Source of the DNA: Chiloscyllium plagiosum
Taxonomy: Eukaryota
Reading direction: 5' to 3'
Assembly: GCF_004010195.1 (NCBI RefSeq)
Contig: NC_057735.1
Coordinates: forward strand, 2,803,941-2,866,973
DNA: 63,033 bases
The notes below the pieces were generated by a model. The model saw only the letters and a list, made by a program, of their open reading frames with translations. It was not told the DNA's origin and ran no database searches. The position numbers and the translations under genes are program-made. Position 1 is the stretch's first letter. Each line of letters starts with the position of its first letter. Below are positions 42,201 to 50,640 of the stretch, one piece after another.

Positions 42201-44684
42201 ATGGTTTAGTTTTTTAAAATTCTTTCATGGGACATTTTTATTAGATTAGATTACTTAGTGTGGAAACAGGCCCTTCGGCCCAACAAGTCCACACCGACCC
42301 GCCGAAGCGCAACCCACCCATTGCCCTACATTTACCCCTTCACCTAACACTACGGGCAATTTAGTATGGCCAATTCACCTGACCTGCACATCTTTGGACT
42401 GTGGGAGGAAACCGGAGCACCCGGAGGAAACCCACGCAGACACAGGGAGAATGTGCAAACTCCACACAGTCGCCTGAGGCGGGAATTGAACCCGGGTCTC
42501 TGGCGCTGTGAAGCAGCAGTGCTAACCACTGTGCCACCCATGGACGTCACTGGCTGATCAGCATTTATTTCCCATCCTTAATGCCCTTAAAAAGGTGGTG
42601 GTGAGCTGCCTTTGTGAAACACTACAGTCAACATACTGTAGGTTGACTCTCAAGCCCTTAGGGAGGGAATTCCAGGATTTTGATCAAGTGACAATGAAGG
42701 AATAGCAGTATATTTCCAAATCAGGATGGTGAGTGGCTCAGAGGGAAACTTGCAAGTGGTGGTGTGACCATGTATTTGCTGCTTTGTTCTCCTACATGGA
42801 AGTAGTCATGGTTTGGACAGCCTTGGAAGGTGATAAGGATCCGGAGTGAATTTCTGCAGTGCATCTTGTGGATAGTATACACCGCAGCTACTGAGCATCT
42901 GTGGTGGAGGGAATGGATGTTTGTGGATGTGGTGCCAATCAAGGGGGCTGCTTTGTCCTGGATGGTTCTTGAGTGTTGTTAGAGATGCATTCATCCAGGC
43001 AGAGTGTTGGTACAGGATATTGCTCAGAAAAAGGAGCGTTTTGGTTGCATAGAAGATATTTGTAAACTTTCCTTTAGTTTTTTTTCCTTATTATTTTGTG
43101 TAACAAACTTATGTTCTTTTGTTAAAATTGAACATCGAATGTTAAAATGGCAGCCTATTGTGAAATATGAAAGGGCTCAGAAAAGATTTACAAGGATGTT
43201 GCCAGGGTTGGAGGATTTGAACTATAGGGGGAGGTTGAAAAGGCTGGGCTGTTTTCCCTGGAGCACTGGAGGCTGAGGGGTGACCTTATAGAGGTTTATA
43301 AAATCATGAGGGGCACATGGATAGGATAAATAAGACAAAGTCATTTCTCTGGGGTCGGGGAGTCCCGAACTAGAGGGGATAGGTTTAGGGTGACAGGGGA
43401 AAGATATAAAAGTGACCTAAGGGGCAACTTTTTCCACGGAGGATGGTACATGCATGGAATGAGCTGCCAGAGGAAGAGGTGGAGGCTGGTACAATTGCAA
43501 CATTTAAAAGGCATTTGGATGAGCATATGAATAGGAAGGGTTTGGAGGGATGTGGGCCGGGTGCTGGCAGGTGGGATCAAATTGAGTTGGGATTATCTGG
43601 TGGGCATGGACGAGTTGGACCAAAGTCTGTTTCCATGCTGTACATCTCTATGACTATGTAGTCATAGACCACTACGGTAATTAAATTTAAAAATCTTATG
43701 ATCCATCAAGCCAATTTTCACTTTGAATCTTAACTAAATTAAGAATAGTTGCAATTTTAACACTTAGAATCACAGGAAGGCACAAAATGAGTGATTTTCA
43801 AAACTGCCGAATTAAAATGCAGAATGCCAAAGCAACTGGTTAGATTAGGATGCATCAAGATTAGCTTAACACCAGCACAAAACAACAGGCAAAGTTATCT
43901 AATAAAACTTTGGTTATGAGAACTGAAATTGCAAACTAGCATTAATTTAGCAGTATTTGTGCTACCCAGGGAAAATATATCACATTATGGTTGTTGTGGC
44001 AAGTTAAAATATGTTCAGGGTTAGGGTAGCTGAGTCTTACAGATGAGCCAGTAATAAAATGAGGCATGTTCTTCACATACTTGTCCCATACTTGACTTGG
44101 GAATGCAACTAAAACACACAGAAACGGTTCAATTTTTAAGTGCCAATATTCATCACCTTAAAGAGGTCATAAACAATTGCAAAGCACAAATGGTGGAGTT
44201 AAAATCATTGTCAGCTATTTGTCATGAGATGGTGATCTGGGATTTTTACAACTGTTACAAATTCATTTGAAAATAGTGATGTAGATTTTCCCTGTAACAT
44301 TCATGATGTCATGATCCCACAACAACTGTGGCAAGCTCTCCCCGAAGTGACAAAATGTGTCAGCAGTTACACAGTGTGTTCTCTTAAAAATTACAAATAC
44401 AAAGCAGGTTTCAGAATTAAGCCCTAATATTTTACTTACAGTGACAGGATGGTAATGTTGGCTGTGGCTGACCCCAGTGTCGGGATTGTAGAGAGTAGAT
44501 TGTGGTTGATATTCCTTGAAGAGCACAAATGATTAATCAGTTTGAAAACTTCTGATATTTAACATTCAATTCTTTCAAGTAATTCACAGAATTTATATCT
44601 CAAACTACTTACACTTCCAGAAGTGTGTGAAGACCCTCGAATACTGGGTGTTTTGTGGAAACCAATTGATTATGACTCAAGTCT
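6036..44684 (-). CDS. LRIG2: LRIG2 (leucine-rich repeats and immunoglobulin-like domains 2), multi-exon gene, 5'-partial (exon 1 lies beyond the window end)
   Basis: 18 spliced exons join in frame (3127 nt) into LRRs, LRRCT, 3 Ig domains, TM and cytoplasmic tail. LRIG2-type peptides: [68 protein letters not shown]. Confidence 0.95.
6516..7217 (-). mobile_element. Probable solo LTR
   Basis: TG...CA ends (TGTTACG...CTACACA); minus-strand order of 4 CCAAT boxes (7075, 7040, 7002, 6989), TATAAAA (6974-6968), AATAAA (6657-6652); no clean TSD seen. Confidence 0.45.
7441..7762 (+). mobile_element. HE1-type tRNA-derived V-SINE
   Basis: A box TGGCTCAGTGG, B box GGTTCAATTCC, V-core GTGTGGAGTTTGCACATTCTCCCCGTG, (AATCT)n tail. 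Confidence 0.9.
7793..8018. mobile_element. Palindromic PLE family A cassette with hammerhead cores on both strands
   Basis: ~90-bp inverted arms plus ~37-nt tail; TSD agaa(t)8-9ata at 7778-7792 and 8019-8034. Confidence 0.85.
8444..8722 (-). mobile_element. CR1/HER1 LINE fragment
   Basis: ORF2 C-terminal motif [17 protein letters not shown]. Confidence 0.9.
8738..9074 (+). mobile_element. HE1-type SINE
   Basis: GGGCGGCACGGTGGCACAGTGG head, V-core, (AATCT)n tail. Confidence 0.9.
9215..10640 (+). mobile_element. CR1/HER1 LINE 3' portions (two tandem fragments)
   Basis: [37 protein letters not shown] motifs; frameshifted. Confidence 0.9.
11721..11836. repeat. ~42-43 bp tandem repeat, about 2.7 copies
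   Basis: Unit approximately cactgctccagtttacccagtatcatttactccacactagcc. Confidence 0.7.
12120..12404 (-). CDS. LRIG2: LRIG2 exon 18 (285 nt, cytoplasmic)
   Basis: tttcag| (G)[35 protein letters not shown]...QQHQK |gtaagt. Confidence 0.93.
12789..12947 (-). CDS. LRIG2: LRIG2 exon 17 (159 nt, symmetric phase-1 cytoplasmic exon, possibly a cassette)
   Basis: Pyrimidine tract ttgttgtttttcccaaatag| (G)[55 protein letters not shown]|gtgtgt; stop-free, multiple of 3, correct phase at both ends. Confidence 0.72.
13300..13452 (-). CDS. LRIG2: LRIG2 exon 16 (153 nt, juxtamembrane cytoplasmic)
   Basis: tcctag| (D)[50 protein letters not shown] |gtgagt. Confidence 0.95.
14627..15076 (-). CDS. LRIG2: LRIG2 exon 15 (450 nt, Ig domain 3 and transmembrane helix)
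   Basis: ctccag| (E)TPSFVRPLE...[42 protein letters not shown] |gtacac. Confidence 0.97.
15213..15924. mobile_element. Non-autonomous Tigger/pogo-like (Tc1/mariner superfamily) MITE
   Basis: TA TSD on both sides; 23-bp TIRs CAGAGGAACCTCGGTTATCCAAA and CAGAGGAATCTCGATTATCCAAA (21/23 identical); no transposase. Confidence 0.85.
16171..16452 (-). CDS. LRIG2: LRIG2 exon 14 (282 nt, Ig domain 2)
   Basis: tattag| (E)[62 protein letters not shown]...ATLTVL |gtgagc. Confidence 0.97.
17754..18074 (-). CDS. LRIG2: LRIG2 exon 13 (321 nt, Ig domain 1)
   Basis: ctgcag| (D)[26 protein letters not shown]...[22 protein letters not shown] |gtatgt. Confidence 0.96.
18171..18369. mobile_element. Palindromic PLE family A cassette (older)
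   Basis: Inverted arms; TSD acttgactctt at 18160-18170 and 18370-18380. Confidence 0.8.
18590..18855 (+). mobile_element. Diverged HE1-type SINE
   Basis: tRNA-like head, V-core gtggagtctgcacattctcc, (attctatg) tail. Confidence 0.7.
19141..19404 (-). mobile_element. PLE family A-related 3' end with hammerhead core
   Basis: Minus strand CTGATGAAGGGCTTTTGCCTGAAATGTCGA; flanking repeat accatgg(a/g)taattaggcaa at 19128-19146 and 19405-19423. Confidence 0.8.
20770..21720 (-). mobile_element. Diverged CR1 LINE fragment
   Basis: Minus-strand remnants [13 protein letters not shown] and EYCVQFW. Confidence 0.75.
21730..22038 (+). mobile_element. HE1-type SINE
   Basis: ggtggcacagtggttagc head, V-core, aatctaatct tail. 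Confidence 0.9.
22455..22618 (-). CDS. LRIG2: LRIG2 exon 12 (164 nt, LRRCT)
   Basis: ctgcag| [54 protein letters not shown] |gtttgt; phase 2 to phase 1. Confidence 0.93.
24052..24120 (-). CDS. LRIG2: LRIG2 exon 11 (69 nt, LRR)
   Basis: ttttag| [23 protein letters not shown] |gtgagt. Confidence 0.93.
24160..24500 (-). mobile_element. Ancient Deu-domain-like SINE relic
   Basis: Decayed cctcttgaaatagtgc and ccagaacac motifs resembling Deu-SINE cores; judged by eye only. Confidence 0.3.
24932..25003 (-). CDS. LRIG2: LRIG2 exon 10 (72 nt, LRR)
   Basis: ttgtag| [24 protein letters not shown] |gtgagt. Confidence 0.93.
25647..25876 (+). mobile_element. PLE family B 3' end with hammerhead core
   Basis: CAC CTGACGA AGGAGC AGT GCTCC AAAA GCTA GTG at 25791-25825 (GAAA box mutated), then aataaacctgttggactataac. 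Confidence 0.75.
27749..27930. mobile_element. Palindromic PLE family A cassette inserted in CR1
   Basis: Inverted arms sharing private variants; TSD AT(CA/TG)GACTGAATGG at 27735-27748 and 27931-27944. Confidence 0.85.
28386..28690 (-). mobile_element. HE1-type SINE
   Basis: Reverse complement of HE1 head (ggaattgaacc), V-core and tail. Confidence 0.85.
29152..29232 (-). CDS. LRIG2: LRIG2 exon 9 (81 nt, LRR)
   Basis: ttgcag| [27 protein letters not shown] |gtatgt. Confidence 0.94.
32021..32243. mobile_element. Old palindromic PLE cassette (distinct subfamily) with decayed hammerhead core
   Basis: Minus strand ctCTGATGAagactcatctggactcAAAACGTTag; inverted arms; gattccagcatc tail. Confidence 0.6.
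32314..32457 (-). CDS. LRIG2: LRIG2 exon 8 (144 nt, LRRs)
   Basis: atccag| [48 protein letters not shown] |gtaagt; matches ORF 32310..32495. Confidence 0.95.
33455..33598 (-). CDS. LRIG2: LRIG2 exon 7 (144 nt, LRRs)
   Basis: ttctag| [48 protein letters not shown] |gtgagt. Confidence 0.95.
33711..33800 (-). mobile_element. Minimal ~90-bp PLE family A insertion (hammerhead core plus 3' end)
   Basis: CTGAAGA AGGGC TTAT GCCC GAAA CGTC GA; TSD atcattattcttagc at 33698-33712 and 33800-33814. Confidence 0.85.
33930..34440 (-). mobile_element. CR1 LINE 3' fragment
   Basis: ORF remnant [22 protein letters not shown]. Confidence 0.8.
35239..35382 (-). CDS. LRIG2: LRIG2 exon 6 (144 nt, LRRs)
   Basis: aaacag| [48 protein letters not shown] |gtgagt. 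Confidence 0.94.
36798..36941 (-). CDS. LRIG2: LRIG2 exon 5 (144 nt, LRRs)
   Basis: tttcag| [48 protein letters not shown] |gtgagt. Confidence 0.94.
39756..39990. repeat. Near-perfect inverted repeat (102-bp arms, 14-nt loop) with an 18-bp direct repeat
   Basis: Arms 39773-39874 and 39889-39990, 2 mismatches seen; aacacactctacgtactt at 39756-39773 and 39873-39890. Confidence 0.95.
40200..40334 (-). CDS. LRIG2: LRIG2 exon 4 (135 nt, LRRs)
   Basis: ttgcag| [45 protein letters not shown] |gtgagt. Confidence 0.93.
40885..41058. mobile_element. Palindromic PLE family B cassette
   Basis: ccaggttacagtccaacaggtttatttgaaatcacaagc...gcttgtgatttcaaataaacct..., decayed cacctgac core, ccagtccaacacc tail. 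Confidence 0.75.
41450..42160 (-). mobile_element. Diverged CR1 LINE 3' fragment
   Basis: [13 protein letters not shown] remnant. Confidence 0.65.
42241..42539 (-). mobile_element. HE1-type SINE (young, CpG-rich)
   Basis: Highly similar to the 8738-9074 copy in reverse; (TTAGA)n tail. Confidence 0.92.
42540..43002 (-). mobile_element. Second LINE family 3' end (CR1/L2 group)
   Basis: [21 protein letters not shown] remnant; tail cagctcaccaccacc...gggaaataaatgctg; related copies near 56185-56740 and 58780-58980. Confidence 0.7.
43168..43657 (+). mobile_element. CR1/HER1 LINE 3' end
   Basis: [32 protein letters not shown] motifs. Confidence 0.9.
44440..44514 (-). CDS. LRIG2: LRIG2 exon 3 (75 nt, LRR)
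   Basis: ttcaag| [25 protein letters not shown] |gtaagt; 98-nt intron to exon 2. Confidence 0.88.
44613..44684 (-). CDS. LRIG2: LRIG2 exon 2 (72 nt, LRR)
   Basis: ttgcag|A GAC TTG AGT CAT AAT: [24 protein letters not shown]; donor gtaagt. Confidence 0.88.
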
Positions 44685-46657
44685 CTGCAATAAGAAAGAA
44701 TTCTAAAATCAATGTTGAAGTCTCATAAGATTTTCCCAGCCCTAATCAAGGAGAGGAGAATTAAACACTTGTGATGACATAGAATTGCTGTTATCCTATC
44801 TCCTGTATCCATCATGCCTGTCCATGCTGACCTAACATCTGCTCACCACAGTTCTAGAAGTCATATTTGAATCTCTTCATGGTTTTGTCCCAATCTCAAA
44901 CCTGCTCCTCTGCTACCAATCCATTATTCTTGCTAAAAACACACTGCCGACCACTTTTCACTTCAAGACCTTTCTTAAAATTCACCTCTTTCATCATACA
45001 TTTGGTCATGCATGTAACACCTCTATGTCCCCCTTTTTTTTGGGATTAAACTCCTATGAAACTTTGGGATATATAATTTCATTAATGGCTTAAACACAAA
45101 TTCTTGCTACGTGATAAAAAGAGGCAGAATTTCTAAATTCAGTGCACGTGCGATGTAAAAAGAATGAAATAGCCACCAACATAATCTTCATCGGAATGAG
45201 AAGAAGACTAAAGCATTTAAAAATAAGTTAATCATCCCAATAATGCATTAAGTTTCCCAATTTTGTTATAGGAAAGCATGCCCTTCGCCTGTCAACAGTA
45301 ATCATTCTACAATAATCTTTCCACAACAGAGCATCATTTTAGGAGAGGCAAGGAAGATAAAATGTAAACCAAAGCCACAATTCATCAAAGCCACAAACTA
45401 CTCAAATCAAAGAGTCCAAAACTAAAACAAAATTAGACATCATAATCGAAATGTGATGGGGAAACAAACTTTAATATGGAGTAATTTCTTTCAAAAAGTG
45501 GATCAATCAGCATTATTCATTTTCTATTTCCATAGTTCCAGCACATGGAACTCATATCATGATGTTTCTGCACAGAAAATTCAGGAGTGCTCATAAATTC
45601 ATGCACAGGTGCACTTGTTGCAAATTGTCAACATATCATTCCCTGGAAAGTGAAGTGACCATTGTTGACAAATTGTTAAAATGAGCCATCCATCAGCAAT
45701 TGCTAAATGCCCTGTTCATTTACTGGAAGGTTAGAAGCATTGAAGACTCTAAGTTTGCATTCTTTGCCTGTACCTCTTACTGGAAAGAGGACAGCCGGCT
45801 CCTAGTGCTGACAGCTTGACTGTAATATTCAAGTCCAAGTCTATCATAATCTTAACAGGACTGAAAAGCAAGATGGATAACTGAGGCAATGCTGTATGAG
45901 ATTTCCACAGTCTGTTGCTCACAGTCACAATTTGCACACAGCTGCTGACAGACTGAACATGCATGAACAATGTCTCTATTAAAGTATAGTCTGGAGTTTG
46001 CCCTCAGTCTCTGTTCACGTTTCACTTAAGAAAATGCTCATCTGTACAACACTGATATCACTCAACACTTGGATGAAAACAGGCTCATTAAACCTGGATT
46101 TTTTTCACTTTTATTGACCATTTCAGTGCTGTCTACTGTAAAAGCTTAGCCTCTCTCAAAGGTCCAAGCTGCTCTAAACTTAGTTTGGTTTTCTCCCTTT
46201 CTTTATTATGCTTGAATCTTTAACTACCTCCACTTGACCTACAGGAGATTGCACGATGGGAACACGTGTGCAAGCCAGAGATGGAGATCATGCGTGTCAG
46301 ACACAGCCCATGATTATGTACCACCACATAGTGAAATAATCATTCAAAATATACCACAAGCATACAAATATCAAAACAAGAGAAGTTGGATGTTTGTAAC
46401 AAGTAGTATAACAAGTATGCTACACCACCAATGCAGCCAGTGGTACAACAGGACTCTCGGACTCACTGCCAGCTTCAACACTTTTTAATTGGTTAAATAC
46501 AAATGACATCTCTGAAATAACACAGGATGCAACTGAGGAATGGAAAACCAATTAAATATGGTTTGATCAGCTCGAGAGTGATAATGTCCTTCAAAAACAT
46601 TTTGCTCCTGAAATCGGCCTGCAAATGTTGACTTACCAAAACTGCAGGTTTACCCTG

Positions 46658-46781
46658 CTGCCTGATGAAAAAGCAGTGCTCCAAAAGCTTGTACTTTTAA
46701 ATAAACCTGTTGGACTGTAACCTGGTGTCATGTGATTTTCAACTTTGTCCACCCCAGTCCAACACTGGTACTTCCACATCA
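46658..46781 (+). mobile_element. PLE family B terminus with decayed hammerhead core
   Basis: cctgatgaaaaagcagtgctccaaaagcttg...aataaacctgttggactgtaacctgg... Confidence 0.7.
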
Positions 46782-47889
46782 CTGCTAAACTATAATTATG
46801 TTGTGACGGAAGGCAGCAATTCAAATCAGGCTGTTGGTCACATTCCACTCAACAGTGTCTAATTTTAATGGATGTTTGGGAGTAGGCCAACTGTCCTGGA
46901 CATCCAAGCAATGATGAATTGTACATGGAAGAATAGAGGGTGGTGGTACGGAGTTAAATAAGAGCTTGAAAATCTTAAGAAACTAATGTAAAATAAGGGG
47001 GTCAGGATCAAAACAGAATAAATATTATCACTTTCCAAATCAGCTTTACTCATTTAGAATTAGATTTTATTGTCATGTGTACTCAAGTATACAAGTACTT
47101 AAGGACAGTGAAAAGTGTACAGTGTCATCATTCCTGGCACCATCTTAGATACAAGGTACAAAATTTTAAGTAGAAAAATAAAGACACAAAGTTAAAAGCT
47201 AAACATTACAGTCCTTCTTAGTACAAAGTAGGAAAATAATAAAAAAAAAGTTAAAAGCTGAACACAATAGTCAAACATTTAAATAGTTAGAAATAAAAAT
47301 TTACCCCATTGGGAACCGAGCAAAAGTCTATCATCAAATGCTGAATTTGCTAAATGTTTAGTTGACACAGTATAATTGAATTATTACCTACAAGCTCCTT
47401 GCAACACACGACTTGAGCAGGAAATGCGCTGAAATACAGCACTAAAGGCTGAATAATTTTCTATGCCAGCAGCTGGCAGAAGTCACTGCTGATCATCTAC
47501 ACATTTGAGAAGCTCATTTAACCAGTCCCTGACTCATTCACAGAGAGGACTGAAATGGAAGCAAGGTGTCAGCTCAGGGAACCTATCACAAAGTCATACA
47601 TTGCTAACTTCCAAATTGCAACACAAAGGGATAAAGTATTTATCTTCTGTTCCTATCCCACACAGGATTAAACAGCAGATTGTGCCTAATTGCCAAATGC
47701 TTATCCTGTTGAAAATCATAGGGAATGTGAAATCTACCCAATGGAGTACCACAATAATTCTGCCCTAGAGTTTTTTTTTTAAGAAATCATGAATTTAAAT
47801 CTCACCATAACAAAGTATGAATTAAGGATGGGCAAAAAATACTAAACAAAAAACCGGAAAATGCTCAGTATGTGGTAAAGGTTTAAAAT

Positions 47890-48910
47890 ACAGTGTGTGT
47901 TCACTTGCAGGAATGATGCATTTTGGAAGATGCAATCCCAGAATGAAATATACAGTAAATGGAAAAGTCCTGGGGAAAACATGTCCAGAGAGATCTGGGT
48001 GTTCAGGTCCATTGTTCCCTGAAGGTGGCAATGCAGGTCAGTAGTGTGGTCAAGAGGCATACGGAATGCTTTCCTTCATCAAAAGGGGTTTTGAGTACAA
48101 GACTTGGCAGGTCATATAACAATTGTATAAAGGAGGAGAAAGTGAGGACTGCAGATGCTGGAGATCAGAGCTGAAAATGTGTTGCTGGAAAAGCGCAGGA
48201 GCAGGAGAATCGACGTTTCGGGCATAAGCCCTTCTTCAGGAGCCATTCCCGAAGAAGGGCCCATGCCCGAAACATCAATTCTCCTGCTCCTTGGATGCTG
48301 CCTGACCTGCTGCGCTTTTCCAGCAACACATTTTCAGCAACAATTGTATAAACTTTGGTTTGGCCACATTTGGAATACTGCTTACAGTTCTGGTCGCCAC
48401 ATTACAAAAGGATATGGATGCTTTGGAGAGGGTGCAGTGGAGCTTCACCAGAATGTTGCCTGGTATGGAGGGTGCTAGCTAAGAAGAGAGGTTGAGTAGG
48501 TTAGGATTATTTTCATTGGAAAGAAGGCGGTTGAGAGGGGACCTGATTGAGGCCTACAAAATCATGAGAGGTGTAGACAGGGTAGATAGCAAGAAACTTT
48601 TTCCAAGAGTGGAGGACTCAGTTACTAGGGGTCACGAGTTCAAAGTGAGAGGGAAAAAGTTTAGGGGAGATATATGTGGAAGGTTCTTTACGCAGAGGGT
48701 GATGGATGCCTGGAATGCGTTGCCAGCGGAGGTACTAACAGTGGGAATGATAGCGTCATTTAAGATGTATCTAGACAGATACATGAATGGGCAGGGAGCA
48801 AAGGGATACAGATCCTTAGAAAATAGATGGCAGGTTTAGATAGAGGATGTGGAACGGCGCAGGGCTGGAGGGCCGAAAGGCCTGTTCTTGCGCTGAAATG
48901 TTCTTTGTTC
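47890..48910 (+). mobile_element. CR1 LINE 3' part containing a PLE cassette
   Basis: [35 protein letters not shown] motifs. Confidence 0.9.
48132..48338. mobile_element. Palindromic PLE family A cassette
   Basis: Inverted arms plus tail; exact 14-bp TSD aacaattgtataaa at 48118-48131 and 48339-48352. Confidence 0.88.
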
Positions 48911-49379
48911 TAAGAAAGAGACTACAGTATTTTATGTTTTCAGCATTGACTCTCTATCTTCATATATTGTTTTTCAGCATTTTCTATTTTAAACTGTAAA
49001 CCATATCACTAACACTGCACTAGCATTGGAATGCAGACAAGGAAAATCTAAAATACAAAGTTAAAACATTATGTCTTACTGACTGGGTCACTACAGTGCT
49101 TAGTAAGTTCTATAGAATTGTCTCAATTTGTCTACTGGGAAAAAAAGTATTCACAGCAAAATCCTTTAATAACCTGCATTGATACAGTTTTTAAAAAAAA
49201 ACTAACCTGCATCTATATCATCATTCAAGACATTCCAAATACTTTACTTACTTTTTCAAAGCAGTCATTTTCACCTAGGTGGAGAAGACTGCTAATTTGC
49301 ACATAAAGAACACAACCTAATGTTTGACGAATAAATAGTGACAAGGATAAAAGAACTTCACAGTTTTCCAACTAAGGTC

Positions 49380-50640
49380 ATGAGAATTTTGCATCCAGTT
49401 AAAGTGCCTGTCTCTTCCAGGGACAGGTAGAGTTGAGGAAACAGGGTGGCTGCAAAAGCACCTAGTCAGGCTAGGAGAGTGGGCAAACAATGTGGACAAG
49501 TGTGAGGTTATAAACCAGGGCAGTAAGCATAGAGAGGTCAACTATTTCCTAATGAGAAAAAGGTTTCTGAAATCTGAAGCACAAAGAAACAAGAGAATCC
49601 TATATTCGAACTCCTAAGATTAACATGCAGATTCAGTTAGGAAAGCAAATGCAATCTTAGCATTCATTTCGAGAGGGCTAGAAAACAAAGCATGGCCGTT
49701 CTACTGAAGCTGTACAAGGGTCTGGTCAAACCATATTTGGAACATTGAGAGCAGTTTTGGGCTCCGTATCGAAGAAATGCTGGTCTTGGAAGGGGTCCAG
49801 AGGAAGTTTATAAGACTGATCCCAAGAACGAAGGGCTCGCCATACAAGGAGTGGTTAAGGACTTTGCGGTTGTACTCTGCGGAGTTTAGAAAGATAAGGG
49901 GATCTTGATTTTATTTTATTTTACATGCACTCAAGTACAAAAGGTATGGTGAAAAGTGTTTAATGTCGCCACACAAGGCGCTACATTAAATACAAGTACC
50001 TAGGTACAGAACTTTTAGAACAAGGTAGAAAGCTAAGCATTGCAGTAATTATAGTATAATGTAAAACATATGAAATAAGGTTAAAAGTTACACATTGCAG
50101 ACCTTGTTAGAAAATACAGAAATTAAGCTTAAAGTTCAATCATTACAGTCTTTCTTAAGCGCTTAGCTACAGTGGGACTAAACTTTGAGGAATCACCTCA
50201 AAGGTCCACACTGGGCTGAGAGACCGCCACATACTGCCAAAAGATCATGCCGGGCCGAGAGACTACGACGCTGGGCCGAAAGTTGAAACTGACAGAAGAG
50301 AGGGGGGCCTAGACAGACTGGACATGGAGAAGATGTTTCCACTAGGACAGAGTAGGACCCAAGGGCACAGCCTCAGAGTGAAGGGACGACCATTTAGAAC
50401 AGAGATGAGGAGGAATTTCTTCAACCAGAGGTTGATGAATCTCACTGTTGCTGAGGGCTGTGAAGGCCAAGTCATGAGTGTCTTTAAGGGTGAGGTAGAC
50501 AGGTTCTCGATTAGTAAGGGGATCAAAAATTATAGGGAGAAGACAGGAGAACAGAATTGAGAAACCTGTCAGTCATGTTTGAATGGTGGACCAGACAAAA
50601 TGTGTTGAATGGCCTATTTCTGCTCCTATGTGTGATGGTC
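49380..50640 (+). mobile_element. CR1 LINE fragment interrupted by an unclassified repeat (about 49905-50280)
   Basis: MFPLGQSRTQGHSLRVKGRPFRTEMRRNFF and upstream CR1 motifs. Confidence 0.75.
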
